Shown here in pieces: positions 52,480 to 63,544 of a stretch of DNA of 64,000 nucleotides. Each line of letters opens with the position of its first letter. Within the stretch, counting starts at the first letter, position 1. The stretch covers positions 256,001-320,000 of the forward strand of contig OZ243956.1 of the NCBI GenBank assembly GCA_965214405.1. Reading direction: 5' to 3'. This DNA comes from Trueperaceae bacterium. GTDB taxonomy: Bacteria; Deinococcota; Deinococci; Deinococcales; Trueperaceae. The notes beneath the pieces were generated by a model that saw only the letters and a program-made list of their open reading frames with translations, did no database searches and had not been told where the DNA came from. A program made the position numbers and the translations under genes.

Positions 52480-52986
52480 ATGGGCGTCATGCCGGTATCT
52501 GAACACGCACGCAAAGACGAGAAGAGTCACGAAGAGAATAAAAAAAAGCACGTTCGCGTCTTTACCGACGGCTCGTGTGACACGGGCTCGGGTGAGGGGG
52601 GCTGGGGCTACCTCTTGATGTGCAACGGGGCGCGGCGCACGGCCTCAGGCTACGAGGGCGGCACGACGAACAACCGCATGGAACTCACCGCGGCGGTGCG
52701 GGCGCTGTCAGCGCTCAAAGAGCCCTGCGTGGTGACGTTGGTGACCGACTCGCAGTATCTCAAAAAGGCCTTTACCGCGGGTTGGCTTAGCAACTGGCAG
52801 CGCAACGGCTGGCGCACTGCGAATAAACAGCCGGTCAAAAATAAGGACTTGTGGCTCGAGCTGCTCGCCCTCGCCAAGGTGCATGAGCTTCAGTGGGAAT
52901 GGACCAAGGGCCACGCGGGACACGCGGAGAACGAGCTGGTGGACACGCTGGCGCTGCGGGCCAGAAAAACGCGCGGCAGGGGCTAA
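52480..52986 (+). CDS. rnhA: Ribonuclease HI
   Basis: TDGSC, TTNNRMEL, TDSQY, KGHAGHAENE. Confidence 0.96.
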   Translation: MGVMPVSEHARKDEKSHEENKKKHVRVFTDGSCDTGSGEGGWGYLLMCNGARRTASGYEGGTTNNRMELTAAVRALSALKEPCVVTLVTDSQYLKKAFTAGWLSNWQRNGWRTANKQPVKNKDLWLELLALAKVHELQWEWTKGHAGHAENELVDTLALRARKTRGRG

Positions 52987-52989
52987 CGG

Positions 52990-54084
52990 CTAGACGCTGA
53001 GCCTGCTCAGGTTCGCCATGAGGATCGCAAAAGCGCGGTAGCCGACCTCCAAAGAGGCGGGCTCGAGCCATTCGCCTAAACGGTGCGCGTCGCCGCCGCG
53101 GTAGACGCCGAAAGAAATAGCGGGCAAGCCCGCAGCCATCGCCGCGTTCGCGTCGGTCGAGCTCGCGGTGCGGTGGGCGTTCACGCCTACCTCGGAGAGG
53201 GCGCTTTGGGCGGCGCGCACCAGGGGCTCGTTGGGGATTCGCGCGGCGGGTCTCGAGCCCACCAATTCGGTTTCGACGCCCACGTTCGCGCGTTTGGCGG
53301 CGCGGCGGATGCGGGCGAGGGCGTCCTCCTCGAGTTTTTTTAGCGTGTCCCCCTCCAAGCTGCGCAAGTCTAGGTTAAAGCCCGCGCTCTGCGCGATGGC
53401 GTTGATGCTCGTGCCGCCCCAAACCTGACCCACGTTGTAAGAACTCCGCGGCTCGGCGGGAACGCTCACGCCGCTAAGCGCGTGAACGGCCTCCCCGAGA
53501 ACGTGAACCGCGCTCGGCGCGCCGTAGTCGCCCCAGGAGTGACCGCCTTTGGCGTTAAAAAGAACCCGCCAGCGCCTCGAGCCCACGCCCGCGTCTACGA
53601 CGGTGCCCAAGTGACCGTCGAGCGCCACAAACAGGTCGAAATCCGAGGCGCGCTCCATAAGCTTACGCATCCCGTAGAGGTCGCCCAGCCCCTCCTCCCC
53701 GACCGTGGCGGCGACCGTGAGGCGGGGTCTCTGAAGCTGCGCGTCCGTTTGAATTTGGGACACGTAGTGCAGCAGCACCGCCAGGCTGGCGCTGTTGTCG
53801 CCGATGCCGGGGGCCAGGAGGCGGTCGCCCTCCGCCCGAACCGTCACGTCGGTGTCGGCAGGAAACACGGTGTCAAGATGCGCCGCGACAAGCACGCGCG
53901 GGCCGTTTCCGGGAAGCGTGGCGACGACGTTGCCGACGTCGTCGGTGTGGGGCTCGAGCCCCATCTCTCCAAACGTCCCGGCCACGAGCCGCCCGCGCGC
54001 CGCCTCCTCAAAGGTGGGGGCGGGCGTCTCGCATACTTTTTTGAGCAAATCCACAATAGACGCTTGAAGGGTTTCGGCAGACAC
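52990..54084 (-). CDS. M20/M25/M40-family metallohydrolase
   Basis: AHLDTV, GIGDN, GEEGLG, GGHSW. Confidence 0.9.
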   Translation of the reverse strand: MSAETLQASIVDLLKKVCETPAPTFEEAARGRLVAGTFGEMGLEPHTDDVGNVVATLPGNGPRVLVAAHLDTVFPADTDVTVRAEGDRLLAPGIGDNSASLAVLLHYVSQIQTDAQLQRPRLTVAATVGEEGLGDLYGMRKLMERASDFDLFVALDGHLGTVVDAGVGSRRWRVLFNAKGGHSWGDYGAPSAVHVLGEAVHALSGVSVPAEPRSSYNVGQVWGGTSINAIAQSAGFNLDLRSLEGDTLKKLEEDALARIRRAAKRANVGVETELVGSRPAARIPNEPLVRAAQSALSEVGVNAHRTASSTDANAAMAAGLPAISFGVYRGGDAHRLGEWLEPASLEVGYRAFAILMANLSRLSV

Positions 54085-54085
54085 G

Positions 54086-54355
54086 TTAGTCCTCCAACGC
54101 GGCCCGAAATCCAGCGAGCGCGGCAAACGGGTGCGCGTGGTCTTCGCCGGGTTTCGGGCGGAGCCAGCGGCAAAAGGAGGGGCCGTCCTCGGGCTCTAGG
54201 CGGTGCGGGCACGCTGGGCATTCGGGAAAAGAAAGCGCGGTGTAAGCGAGTTCGGTAAGATCGTCCGGCCCCGTTTGCGAACGGCCACAGCCCGCCACAA
54301 AGCGCGCGTTCTGCACGGAAGGCACGCTTATCTTACCCCTTTTAACCCCCTTCAC
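54086..54355 (-). CDS. Small Cys-containing hypothetical protein
   Basis: Fills the gap between RR and peptidase with overlaps; CPACPH. Confidence 0.6.
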   Translation of the reverse strand: MKGVKRGKISVPSVQNARFVAGCGRSQTGPDDLTELAYTALSFPECPACPHRLEPEDGPSFCRWLRPKPGEDHAHPFAALAGFRAALED

Positions 54356-55014
54356 CGCTCCTCCCCCAGCGTGGCGATGCCCTCACGCAAGGCGTAGAGC
54401 GCGGCCTGGGTGCGGTTATTGAGGCGCAGCTTAGAGAAAATTTCCGAGAGCCGATTACGCACCGTTTTCTCGCTCACGTTTAAGTCGGTGGCGATTTCTT
54501 GATTTGACGCGCCCTGCGCCAAGAGGCGCAAAATCGCCGCCTCCCGCTCCGTGAGTTCGGAAATGGGGTGCTCGGGATGCTCGGGCACCTCTTTGACTTT
54601 GCTGAATTCGTCGAGGATTGACGCGGCCATTTCCGCGTTTAGAAGCGTTTCGCCCTCCGCCACGCGGCGAATCGCGCCAATTAGATCGTTCGCGTCGGCG
54701 TCTTTGAGCATGTAGCCCCGCGCGCCCGCCTTGATGGCCTCGAACACGTAGCGGTCTTGGCGGTACATGGTGAGGATGATGACCCTGGCGGCGGGGTACT
54801 CCTCCAAAATCGTCTTCGTCGCCGCGACCCCGTCGAGCTCGGGCATCTGGATGTCCATAAGAATTACGTCGGGCCGTGTCTGGAGCGCGTAACGCACCGC
54901 CTCGCGCCCGGTCGCCGCCTCGCCGATGACCCGGAAGCCCTCTTCGGTCTCCAAAATGCTGCGGAGCCCCTGGCGGAACATCGCGTGGTCGTCGCAGAGT
55001 AAAAGGCGCGGCAT
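54352..55014 (-). CDS. NarL/LuxR-family response regulator
   Basis: CDDH..DIQMP receiver plus LTERE HTH. Confidence 0.93.
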   Translation of the reverse strand: MPRLLLCDDHAMFRQGLRSILETEEGFRVIGEAATGREAVRYALQTRPDVILMDIQMPELDGVAATKTILEEYPAARVIILTMYRQDRYVFEAIKAGARGYMLKDADANDLIGAIRRVAEGETLLNAEMAASILDEFSKVKEVPEHPEHPISELTEREAAILRLLAQGASNQEIATDLNVSEKTVRNRLSEIFSKLRLNNRTQAALYALREGIATLGEER

Positions 55015-55272
55015 AGAGCCATGCTACCGTTTTTGCACGCGTTCCGCATGATAGCGTAAACACCGTGGAGGCTCGAGCGTCGCAAGAGGGACACCAAAGG
55101 AAACAGAGGACGACTCGGCTTACACACCCGTTTAGCAGGCGGTGGAGAGAGTAGAAAGTGCGGAGGAGAAAAGAAAGGGGCTTACGACTTTACTTTTCAC
55201 TCACCACTCGTTACTTTCTCCTCCACGCCGCCATCCGCGTATGGTTGGCTAGAGCACCACAAAAGGAGACTT

Positions 55273-55770
55273 ATGGTACAGCCCAAAGGCGCGCTCATCG
55301 AGCGCTGCAAACGCCTCGGTTTGCCCAAACCGAAGTTTGAAACGCAACGCACCGGCCCCGAGCACGAGCCCACCTTTGTAAGCGACGTTTTAGTTGGCGG
55401 CGAGGTCTACGGCAGCGGTCAGGGCGGCAACAAACGCGACGCCGAACGCCGCGCGTCGGAAGAAGCGTTGACGAGGCTCGAGGACACGCCCCAAAACGCC
55501 CCCGAACCCTCCCGCGGGACGATGCTCAGCGCGACGCCGTCCGACAACGGTTTCGAGGGACCCTGGCCCGTCTTTGCCGAGGTCTTGGCGGCAAGCTTCG
55601 CGGTCGCCAACAGCCGTGTGGACGCCTCCCGGACCGGCGCGGACGCGGTTGCGGAGGTGCGGCGCTTGGCGCTCGAGCTTTACAAGGGCAGCTTGGAGAA
55701 TCTTGGGGAAATCGTCGAGCTTGACGAGGAGGATTACGAGGAGGATTACGAGGACGAGCCGGAGGCTTAG
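55273..55770 (+). CDS. Stand-alone double-stranded RNA-binding domain protein
   Basis: PKGALIE...GPEHEPTF...GQGGNKRDAERRAS. Confidence 0.8.
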   Translation: MVQPKGALIERCKRLGLPKPKFETQRTGPEHEPTFVSDVLVGGEVYGSGQGGNKRDAERRASEEALTRLEDTPQNAPEPSRGTMLSATPSDNGFEGPWPVFAEVLAASFAVANSRVDASRTGADAVAEVRRLALELYKGSLENLGEIVELDEEDYEEDYEDEPEA

Positions 55771-55873
55771 CCCGGCGTAAAGCGTTTTGACGGTTTGGGG
55801 ACGGTGCAGAGGAAGGCTGAGTGAGGCTCGAGCCGCGCGTAGGTTCAGCCTCCCACCGCCCCCAACCCGGCCT

Positions 55874-56182
55874 CTACTCAGCGTCCTTTTGACGGTCCCT
55901 GGCCCACCGTTCGATGCGCGCAAGGTCTTCGGTAGCTTTTTCCTTAATCATCATGTCGCGCAGTTTGGGGCTCGGTGACGCCTCGCCCGTACCGACCTTT
56001 TCGATAATTTCTATCACCTTGGCGCCAAAGGCGCGTAGCGGCACCTCGACCTCCAAGCCTTTGGTATTTTCTGGCGTCGGCTCATGAAGCTCGAACAGGT
56101 CCTTTTGGAGCGCGTTGTCGCACCTTTCGTTCACGCTCACGACGACGTCGCCGTGGTCGGTCATGACAAGATATTTGGTCAT
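55874..56182 (-). CDS. Hypothetical protein
   Basis: SD GGGGAG, host-like codon usage. Confidence 0.65.
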   Translation of the reverse strand: MTKYLVMTDHGDVVVSVNERCDNALQKDLFELHEPTPENTKGLEVEVPLRAFGAKVIEIIEKVGTGEASPSPKLRDMMIKEKATEDLARIERWARDRQKDAE

Positions 56183-56568
56183 CAGCTCCCCCTCTGGGTG
56201 GTAAAAATGCAGGATTCCTGTAACGGTGTGACGGATGGTGATCTCATCTACCAAATTAGAACGGGTCGAAGTGGCCGTCCAAAAAGGGTAACATGATGAG
56301 CGCGACGCCGCACGCGCTGTTCTGGCTTTGCGGTTCCCAGGTTTATAAAGTAGCGGCGTGTTGGCTCGAGCCGTCTCTTCACCTACCATTTAGCTCGTAG
56401 CCGTACCAGCAGGTCATCATAAAGGATAATCCTCATGCCGATAAACCCGTTTGCGAGAAGTTTTCCGACAACCCCTATGATCAGGCCCCACCGTAACCGC
56501 CTCTGGAGGCGGTGGGGACGTGCGCGGGCAGACACTTTGGCCGGGCCAACTTGTGCGAGACTGAACCG

Positions 56569-58395
56569 ATGATCGAACTCGGACCCTCCGTACCCATCGC
56601 CCTCATTATCTCGCTGGGCATCGCCGCGCAGTGGCTCGCGTGGCGCGTCTCCCTGCCCGCCATCTTGCCCCTGCTGGTGATAGGCTTTTTTGTAGGACCC
56701 ATCCTCGGCATCGTCAAGCCCAACGAGCTCTTTAGCGAGGAGCTTCTTTTTCCCCTTATCTCGCTCGCGGTCGGGCTCATCCTCTTTGAGGGCGGTCTCA
56801 CGCTCCGCATCCCGGAGGTGAGAGAAACGAGCCGGGTGGTCTTTAAGCTCGTTACATTGGGCGCGCTCATCACCTGGCTGGGGGCCACCGCGGCGGCTTA
56901 TTGGCTTGTTGGTTTAACGATGCCCCTGTCGTTTCTTTTCGGCGCGCTCGTGATCGTGACCGGCCCGACCGTGATTGGTCCTTTGCTGCGGATTGTGCGG
57001 CCCGCGACGAGAATCGGCAACGTGCTCAAGTGGGAAGGCATTTTGGTCGACGTGGTGGGCGCGATGGTCGCGGTGCTGGTGTTCGAGTTTTTGCTCATCA
57101 GGGACCGCTCCGACGCGCTGGGCCAGACCATGCTCTTTTTCTTGCGGTTTATCGGGGTGGGCACGCTCGTCGGGCTGGCGGGCGGCTATCTGCTCGCCAC
57201 GCTCCTGCGCCGCCGCACCATCCCCGACTATCTGGTCAACGTGGTCGCGCTCGCTTTCGTGTTTGCGATGTTCGCGCTTTCCAACACCTTCGCGCCCGAG
57301 TCGGGGCTGTTGGCCACCGTGCTGATGGGCATCATCATCGCCAACCGGGGTGTACCCAACATCACCACCTTTTTGAGCTTTAAGGAAGACCTCACGCTGC
57401 TGTTTATTTCGCTGCTCTTCATCATCTTGGCGGCCAACGTCCAGCTCGAGGCCTTTAGAAGCGTGCTCAATTTTAGAAGCGTCCTGCTCATCGCCGCGCT
57501 CATGCTCGTCATCCGGCCTCTCGCCATCTTTGCGAGTTCGGTGGGCTCGGCCCTAACGACGCGTGAAAAACTCTACTTGTCCTGGATCGCCCCGCGCGGC
57601 ATCGTGGCGGCGGCGGTGAGTTCGCTTTTCGCGTCCGAGCTCGCGCACGAAGGCTTCGCGGGCGCCGAGGTGCTCGTGTCACTCGTGTTCTTGGTTATCG
57701 TGAGTACGGTCACGCTCAACAGCCTCACCGCCAAACCCTTCGCGCGCCTTCTCAAGGTCGCCGAGCCCGAGGCGCAAGGCTTTCTCATCCTCGGTGCGCA
57801 CACCTTCGCGCGGCGCATCGGGACTTTTTTACAAAACGAAGGCCTGACCGTGACGCTCGCCGACACAAACTGGTCAAACGTCTCGGCGAGCCGGATGGAG
57901 GGGCTCAACGCCTACTACGGCTCACTACTCTCGGACCACTCGGACGACGAGGTGCGGCTCGCGGGCATCGGCAAGTTTCTGGCGCTCACCTCGAACGACG
58001 AGGCCAACGCTCTCTCGGCGCTCAAGTACGCGCGCGAGTTCGACTCGGACAACGTCTACCAGCTCGCGCCGGGGCGCGGGGGCAGCGTCCGGGGCCGCCT
58101 GGGCGACGAGCAGCGCGGTCGCACGCTCTTTAAGAAGCCCGTGACCTACGCCGAGCTGAGCAACCTTTTCAACCGGGGCGGCGAACTCAAAAAAACACCC
58201 ATCACCGACGCGTTTCGCATGGATGATTTTGAGGAGCTTTACGGCCAGGACTACCTGCCCATGTTCGTCCTCAGCGGCAAAACGGTGCGGGTCATGGTGG
58301 AAGGAAGCCCGCCCCCCGAGGCCGGGCAGACGCTCGTGTCGCTGGTGCTCGAGCCCAAGCCCGTACCCCAACGAGCCGAACGCGCCAACGCCTAA
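56569..58395 (+). CDS. Cation/H+ antiporter (CPA1) with C-terminal NAD-binding-like domain
   Basis: ILFEGG, TGPTV, WEG, APRGIVAA. Confidence 0.92.
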   Translation: MIELGPSVPIALIISLGIAAQWLAWRVSLPAILPLLVIGFFVGPILGIVKPNELFSEELLFPLISLAVGLILFEGGLTLRIPEVRETSRVVFKLVTLGALITWLGATAAAYWLVGLTMPLSFLFGALVIVTGPTVIGPLLRIVRPATRIGNVLKWEGILVDVVGAMVAVLVFEFLLIRDRSDALGQTMLFFLRFIGVGTLVGLAGGYLLATLLRRRTIPDYLVNVVALAFVFAMFALSNTFAPESGLLATVLMGIIIANRGVPNITTFLSFKEDLTLLFISLLFIILAANVQLEAFRSVLNFRSVLLIAALMLVIRPLAIFASSVGSALTTREKLYLSWIAPRGIVAAAVSSLFASELAHEGFAGAEVLVSLVFLVIVSTVTLNSLTAKPFARLLKVAEPEAQGFLILGAHTFARRIGTFLQNEGLTVTLADTNWSNVSASRMEGLNAYYGSLLSDHSDDEVRLAGIGKFLALTSNDEANALSALKYAREFDSDNVYQLAPGRGGSVRGRLGDEQRGRTLFKKPVTYAELSNLFNRGGELKKTPITDAFRMDDFEELYGQDYLPMFVLSGKTVRVMVEGSPPPEAGQTLVSLVLEPKPVPQRAERANA

Positions 58396-58429
58396 CGCTT
58401 GCGTCCCTATACTGCACCGAACAAATCCT

Positions 58430-58818
58430 TGGTAAGCGTCCACGGCTAAACCGTCACCATCACGCGCTGCGCTAGCCACGAGTTGCTTGACCCTATCGAG
58501 GCTCCCCGTAAGCCAAGCGAGCTCCGCCTCGAGGGTGGCAAATCCGCGTACGGGCTTACTGGGTCGGAAGTACGGAGAGTTAGGACCCGCCTGCGCCTCG
58601 CGGGCGCGGGGCACAAAATTGTCATCAAATCCCGTTAGGTAGTCGTGAACGTTCACAACGTCTTTCGGCTCGAGCAGGAGGATGGAGTTGTTCGACTCTG
58701 TGCCAGCCACCTCGCGCCCTGCGAAAAGAAAGCCTGGGGGCATGGCAGGATAGTGGGGGTCGGTCCTGAAAAGCTCGTCAAGAAAATAACCGGCGGCTCC
58801 ACTGACGTCCGCTTGCAC
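58430..58818 (-). pseudogene. Possible DUF1877/YfbM-like fragment
   Basis: LLEPKDVVNV...LVASAARDGDGLAV resembles the family C-terminus; no nearby stop. Confidence 0.3.
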
Positions 58819-59265
58819 GACGTCCTGTTAAACAACCTTTACGCAGGATTCGGAACAACCGCGTCTGTAAACTCTCCGAAGCTCCAACCGTCAAGGTTGG
58901 GCGGCGTCACGCCCAAAATCCTCAACATTCTGCACAGTTGCCTGCGATGTTCCGTCGCGTGGTTGACGGTCTGAACCACCACCACCCAGGGTTCTACAAG
59001 GTAGCCGTCCGATGTTTGGATGCGTGTACGGAAGTCTTGCCTGGCCTCGTCACCAATGAGGGCAAGCAGTCCTTCGCCACTTTCCTTGGCCGATTCCCGT
59101 AATTCGGTAAACGAGAGAGGGGCTTGGCGTCTCTCACGTGACCGTATCAGGAGCGATAGATAACCCCGTTGCGCCTCCACGAGGTGCGACAACGTGTGGC
59201 GAACGCTCCATTCTGAGGTAGGTAGAGGCGTGGCGTCGAGCTGGTCGTCTGTCAGGGCGGAGCAA

Positions 59266-60621
59266 GGGTGCATCCTGCTCTAAGGTGAAAGTTAGGAAGC
59301 CAAAGCGAAGGCTGAGAAACGAAGGTCATCAAAGTCCAGTAGCGGATGTTTAGCACAAGTTTGTGCCCTGAGTGAGGCCATGCCCTTAGCGCCAGAAGGT
59401 GACCAGTGCATACCACTTCTTTTCATGCGGTGACCAATAACAGCCTTGTTCATCCCTTCAACCTGACCTGAACCAATGGGGTAGCGTTTGTTTTTGAAGC
59501 TGGGATAGTCCATAGAATCTAAGCGCTGCTCTAAGTAGTTAAGAGCCGATAAGGCGTTGTCTTGCCAGGTCATCCACAGCTCGGGCTCAGGGAGATACTG
59601 TTCTAACCAGTCTCGCGCACTGATGTCGCCCCTGTACCAGTCCCGCCTGTGCCGGGTTCGCTCGGCTTCATCCCAGTGCAGGGCCTGCATGACGACATTG
59701 AGGTAAGTCGCAGCGTGAAAGACATCGGTAATGCGCGTAGCCGCCAGGTGAGTAAAGATGGTGTCAATCCATTTCGCACCGTCGCCTAGGCCGATAAGGG
59801 TATCTTGGGCTGTGACACCCGCCTCTACAAGCAAGCCTAAAAGCAGGGGCAAAAAGTCCTCGGCTGAACATCTGTCTGCTAACATCCACCTTTCGCCGGG
59901 ACCATTTTGAGAGTAAAGAACAGCGCTCTTTATTTCTAGCCCCGGACAACTCTTTGCTTCAGGACGACCCAGCACATAAACACCATCAACTTGTAGGACC
60001 ATCACACGCCCCGGCTTAGCGCTTGGCTGAACCGGACACTCACGCGTTTGCCTTAGCTTTTCACTCACTGCCTGTTCACAGTGAAGCGCGTAGAGACTGG
60101 TTAAAGTCGCAAGGCTTGAACCGCTAATGTCGAGTCCAAACAGCTTGGCGAGATGACTGCCTTCTTCATAAGGCAGACGGCTACTGAGTTCGAGCAAGCG
60201 TTCCAAGGCTTCAGGGCTCCAGCCCGATTCATCCAAGCAGCCATCATAGTAGACCTGTTGACGCTCTCCCGTTCGAGCTTTCAACCTCTGGACTTTGACA
60301 CGAACACTACCCCAGCACGTCTTGATATTGCCTGTACTCAGACCGTTACGCCAGTAGCCCTCAGGTGTCGCTTTGGCTTCGGGGGGAAAAAGCCTCGGCG
60401 TTCGCCAGGGCCTCGGCTGTTTTTCTCATCATCTCCGGCGAGAACTTTAGCATTGCCCTTTCTATATCTCTAAAGTTGGCGTCCGGCGCTAGCGTTGCCT
60501 TCAAATCGGCTAAGTAATGCTCGAATGCTTCTCTCGCCTTCTCTTCCCAGTCTGGCTTGTTCATGCGCCAGTCTACTTCCCTTTGCACCCTTTTTCTATC
60601 CCCTTATGCCAGGATGCACCC
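59266..60621 (-). mobile_element. IS element, ISKra4/ISLre2-like
   Basis: TIR GGGTGCATCCTG/CAGGATGCACCC; 9-bp TSD GCGGAGCAA (59257-59265, 60622-60630). Confidence 0.93.
59292..60564 (-). CDS. DDE transposase split over two frames
   Basis: QVDG, GDGAKWI, DVFH, PIGSGQVEG; T5C6 at the junction. Confidence 0.85.
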
Positions 60622-61012
60622 GCGGAGCAAGCCCCGATGATGTGGAGGTTCGCCCAGTTGTTGTGCTCGATCAGCTTTACGAGGATGGTTTCGGTCATGC
60701 CGAAAACTCCTTTCTCGCGCTTGGCAAGTTTTCCCATCTGCGTGGCTGTGGGTATAACACTTAGCATAACATCCGCAATAAGAACGGTTTAATGCTCTTT
60801 CCGCGGGACCTTCCCGTTCGTACCCAACCGCCCGGCAAAACCACCCTCACAGCAACTCGAGAGAGGCTCACACCGTTTCCAAAGACCTGAACTTACCCCA
60901 TTTCGACGGCTTCATCATCGGGTGCCGCTTCAGGGTCTCCTTTTCGACCGCAGCATTCCAAGCAAACGGGTAACGGACCGCTAAGAACGCACGACGTTTA
61001 AGGAGGCCCATC

Positions 61013-61753
61013 ATGTCCGGCTCACCTGCACCTTCGCAAGCGACCACTCCGAGCTTCGTCCAAAAGCACGCCACAAAACTTATCGCCCTCTCCTTCTGGC
61101 TCGTCATTCTAGGCGGCTACGGCTACTACACCGCGACGGGCGGGCTTTCGCCTTTGGAGAGCTTTAAGCGGACGCTCGACTTTATGGCGAACAGCCCCTT
61201 TGGTCCTCTCCTCTTCGTTGTGCTCTACACCCTGCGCCCGCTCATCCTCTTTTCAGCGGTGGTGCTGACGCTCGGCGCCGGGTTCCTTTTCGGGCCGGTC
61301 TGGGGCGTGGTGCTGACCGTGATAGGGGCCAACTTAGGGGCGAGCCTCGCTTACTTGATTGGGCGCACCCTCGGGCGGGGGGTGCTCGCGGCCACAACCA
61401 ACAACGACGCCAGTCCCGTCCGGCGCTACGCCGAACGCCTCCGCAACCACTCGTTTGAAACCGTGCTCACGATGCGCTTTATCTTCTTGCCTTATGACTT
61501 AGTCAACTACCTGGCAGGCTTTCTAAAAGTCCGCTACACCGCGTTTATCTTAGCGACCATCCTCGGCTCGCTCCCCGGCACGGTGGCCTTTGTCCTCTTT
61601 GGCGCGTCCACCGACGGCGACTTCTCGAGCGGTTTGCCGAGCTTCAACCCCGCGGTGCTCATCGCCTCGGTGGTTATCTTTACGGTGAGCCTCGGCTTGT
61701 CGCGCTTTTTTAAGCGTCGTGAGAAAATGCGTGAGGGCGAGAGGTCGGCGTGA
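61013..61753 (+). CDS. TVP38/TMEM64 (DedA/SNARE-associated) membrane protein
   Basis: GAGFLFGP..G...MRFIFLPYDLVNY.AG. Confidence 0.9.
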   Translation: MSGSPAPSQATTPSFVQKHATKLIALSFWLVILGGYGYYTATGGLSPLESFKRTLDFMANSPFGPLLFVVLYTLRPLILFSAVVLTLGAGFLFGPVWGVVLTVIGANLGASLAYLIGRTLGRGVLAATTNNDASPVRRYAERLRNHSFETVLTMRFIFLPYDLVNYLAGFLKVRYTAFILATILGSLPGTVAFVLFGASTDGDFSSGLPSFNPAVLIASVVIFTVSLGLSRFFKRREKMREGERSA

Positions 61754-61806
61754 CGGCGGAGGCTCGAGCCCGTCCCGAAATAGGTGAACCGCGTCACACC
61801 ACAAGA

Positions 61807-61834
61807 AAAGAGGACGCCGCGGCGTCCTCTTCTT
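61807..61834. terminator. Probable bidirectional terminator
   Basis: AAGAGGACGCC/GGCGTCCTCTT inverted repeat between convergent genes. Confidence 0.55.
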
Positions 61835-61880
61835 GTGTTGTTTCTTATGCTACGATTTTTGCGTGTGGCTCGGCTACCGG

Positions 61881-62268
61881 TTAAGGTTGGGTCATCTGCG
61901 CGTCGCCGTTGCCGTCGTACTCGATTTGGCAGCCGGGCGTGAGGATGCAAGAGGTCTCGGTGGCGATGTTTGCGTTCATCTGCTGCATCGTGCCCAGCGT
62001 GCTCTGCTGCTGCATCATCAGGGTCGCCATCGCCTGCTGCATCAGGTAGGCGATGTTAAGCTCGGTCATCTGGACGAAGGTTTGGTCAAGACTGTCTTGA
62101 TGAGCGGGGCTTCCTCGTCGGAGAGGTCGGCGAATAGGTAGTGTCGCCGTTATGCTCGTCGCGCTCGACCTGCCAGTCGGCCCAGGGCGCGTCCTGAGCG
62201 AGCCCGTGACCAAAGCCCGCCAGCAGGCAAAGCCCCACCAGGATCATGACCGTTGAACGTGTTTTCAT
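61881..62268 (-). pseudogene. Frameshifted secreted protein
   Basis: Signal peptide MKTRSTVMILVGLCLLAGFGHGLAQ with GGAGG SD; coding-like sequence continues in other frames. Confidence 0.55.
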
Positions 62269-62310
62269 ACTGGCCTCCCCCTTTGACAACAACGCTATAA
62301 AGCGACCGAT

Positions 62311-62418
62311 TGTAGCAGGTAACATCCTAGTTTGAATGAGTACAGCCTGAAAATAACTCACGCCCTTTGTCGGAGTATAGCTGCGCCGGTAGGCCCGGTA
62401 GCAACGGAGATTGCTATA
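62311..62418 (-). mobile_element. ~110-bp MITE-like element, copy 4
   Basis: Reverse complement TATAGCAATCTCCGTT...GGCGCAG...CAAACTAGGATGTTACCTGCTACA. Confidence 0.7.
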
Positions 62419-62468
62419 AATTAAGTTCGGCTCCGCCATTATTTGCCCCTCATAACAAATCTTGGCGC

Positions 62469-62506
62469 AAAAAAAGGGTGCCGTAGCGTCTACGGCACCC
62501 TTTTTT
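62469..62506. terminator. Bidirectional intrinsic terminator
   Basis: A7-GGGTGCCGTAG-CGT-CTACGGCACCC-T6. Confidence 0.88.
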
Positions 62507-62521
62507 AATCCGACTTAACGT

Positions 62522-63226
62522 CTACTCGCTCGCCTCGTCCAAAAACTGCTGGAGCTTGTCCGGGTTTACCGTGATGGGCGCGCGGCGGCGGCGCACCGCG
62601 CCGTACTCCAAAAGGCGCGCCAGGCAGTGCGAAACCGTCTCGCGGGTCGCGCCGATCATCTTGGCCAAGTCCTGCTGGGTCAGGGTCAGGTCGATGACCG
62701 TGCCGCGCTCGCCGTCTACGCCAAAGTCTTTGGCAAGGCGCAGGAGAAGATTGGCCAGGCGACCGGGCGCGTCAAACGCGCCGACCTCGGCGAAGCGCGA
62801 TTCGGCCTTCCAGAGGTTTGTCGACATCACCTGGATAAACTTCATGGCGATACGGGGCTGCTGCGCCAAGAGACGCTGAAAGTCGCTCTCGGGCATGACG
62901 ATGAGCGTGGTGTCTAGAACCGCCTCGGCCTGGTTGGGGCGGCGCTCGCTCTCTAAGAGGAGCAATTCGCCGAAGATGTCGTACTGACCCAGGAGGCCCA
63001 AAATCATCTCTTTGCCGTTGGGAAAATACATCGAGATTTTGACCATGCCCTCGCGGATAAAGTAGAGCGCGTCGGCGGGGTCCTCCATGTGGTAGATGAT
63101 TTCACCCGCTTGAAACCTTTTATAGGGTGTGATCCGCGAGAGCTCCTCGAGCTCGCCTTCGGACAAATCCTCGAAAAGTTGCGTGTTCTTGAGGTGAAAA
63201 ACCAAACTTGGATATTCTTGCATCAT
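62522..63226 (-). CDS. Crp/Fnr-family transcriptional regulator
   Basis: FGELLL cNMP-binding domain; LTQQDLAKMIGATRETVS HTH. Confidence 0.92.
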   Translation of the reverse strand: MMQEYPSLVFHLKNTQLFEDLSEGELEELSRITPYKRFQAGEIIYHMEDPADALYFIREGMVKISMYFPNGKEMILGLLGQYDIFGELLLLESERRPNQAEAVLDTTLIVMPESDFQRLLAQQPRIAMKFIQVMSTNLWKAESRFAEVGAFDAPGRLANLLLRLAKDFGVDGERGTVIDLTLTQQDLAKMIGATRETVSHCLARLLEYGAVRRRRAPITVNPDKLQQFLDEASE

Positions 63227-63544
63227 AGATCGTACCCCAAACTGACTGGCGTCGTCCCAAATGGCCTGGCTGAAAGTTTCAGCATGGTTTTGGCGTGGCC
63301 TCTGGCGGATTCGGTCGCATCCCCTAGAGCATCGCACACTCGGCAAGGTGAGAAGAGTGAAATACTTCAAAAGAAGTTCTCATCATGACGTTTGGGGCGG
63401 GAAGAAATGCGGGTGTGGCTTATTTTATGCCTTGCTCAGTTTACACATGCCGCCGGTAAAGGTGTGGGAGAGGAAGGGGCGCGTTGAGGGGTTGTAGGGG
63501 CTCGAGCCTCCCGTCAACTTTCTCAAAAGGGTAAACTGGCATCT

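Larger units (their letters stand above)
58839..60698 (-). pseudogene. DinB-family gene disrupted by IS
   Basis: MTETILVKLIEHNNWANLHIIGACSA | IS | CSALTDDQLD..SVRHTLSHLV..NHATEHR. Confidence 0.88.

Noticed and set aside
57925..58430. Long minus-strand ORF tail overlapping the antiporter
   Set aside because: Most likely read-through of a degenerate fragment into antisense shadow sequence.
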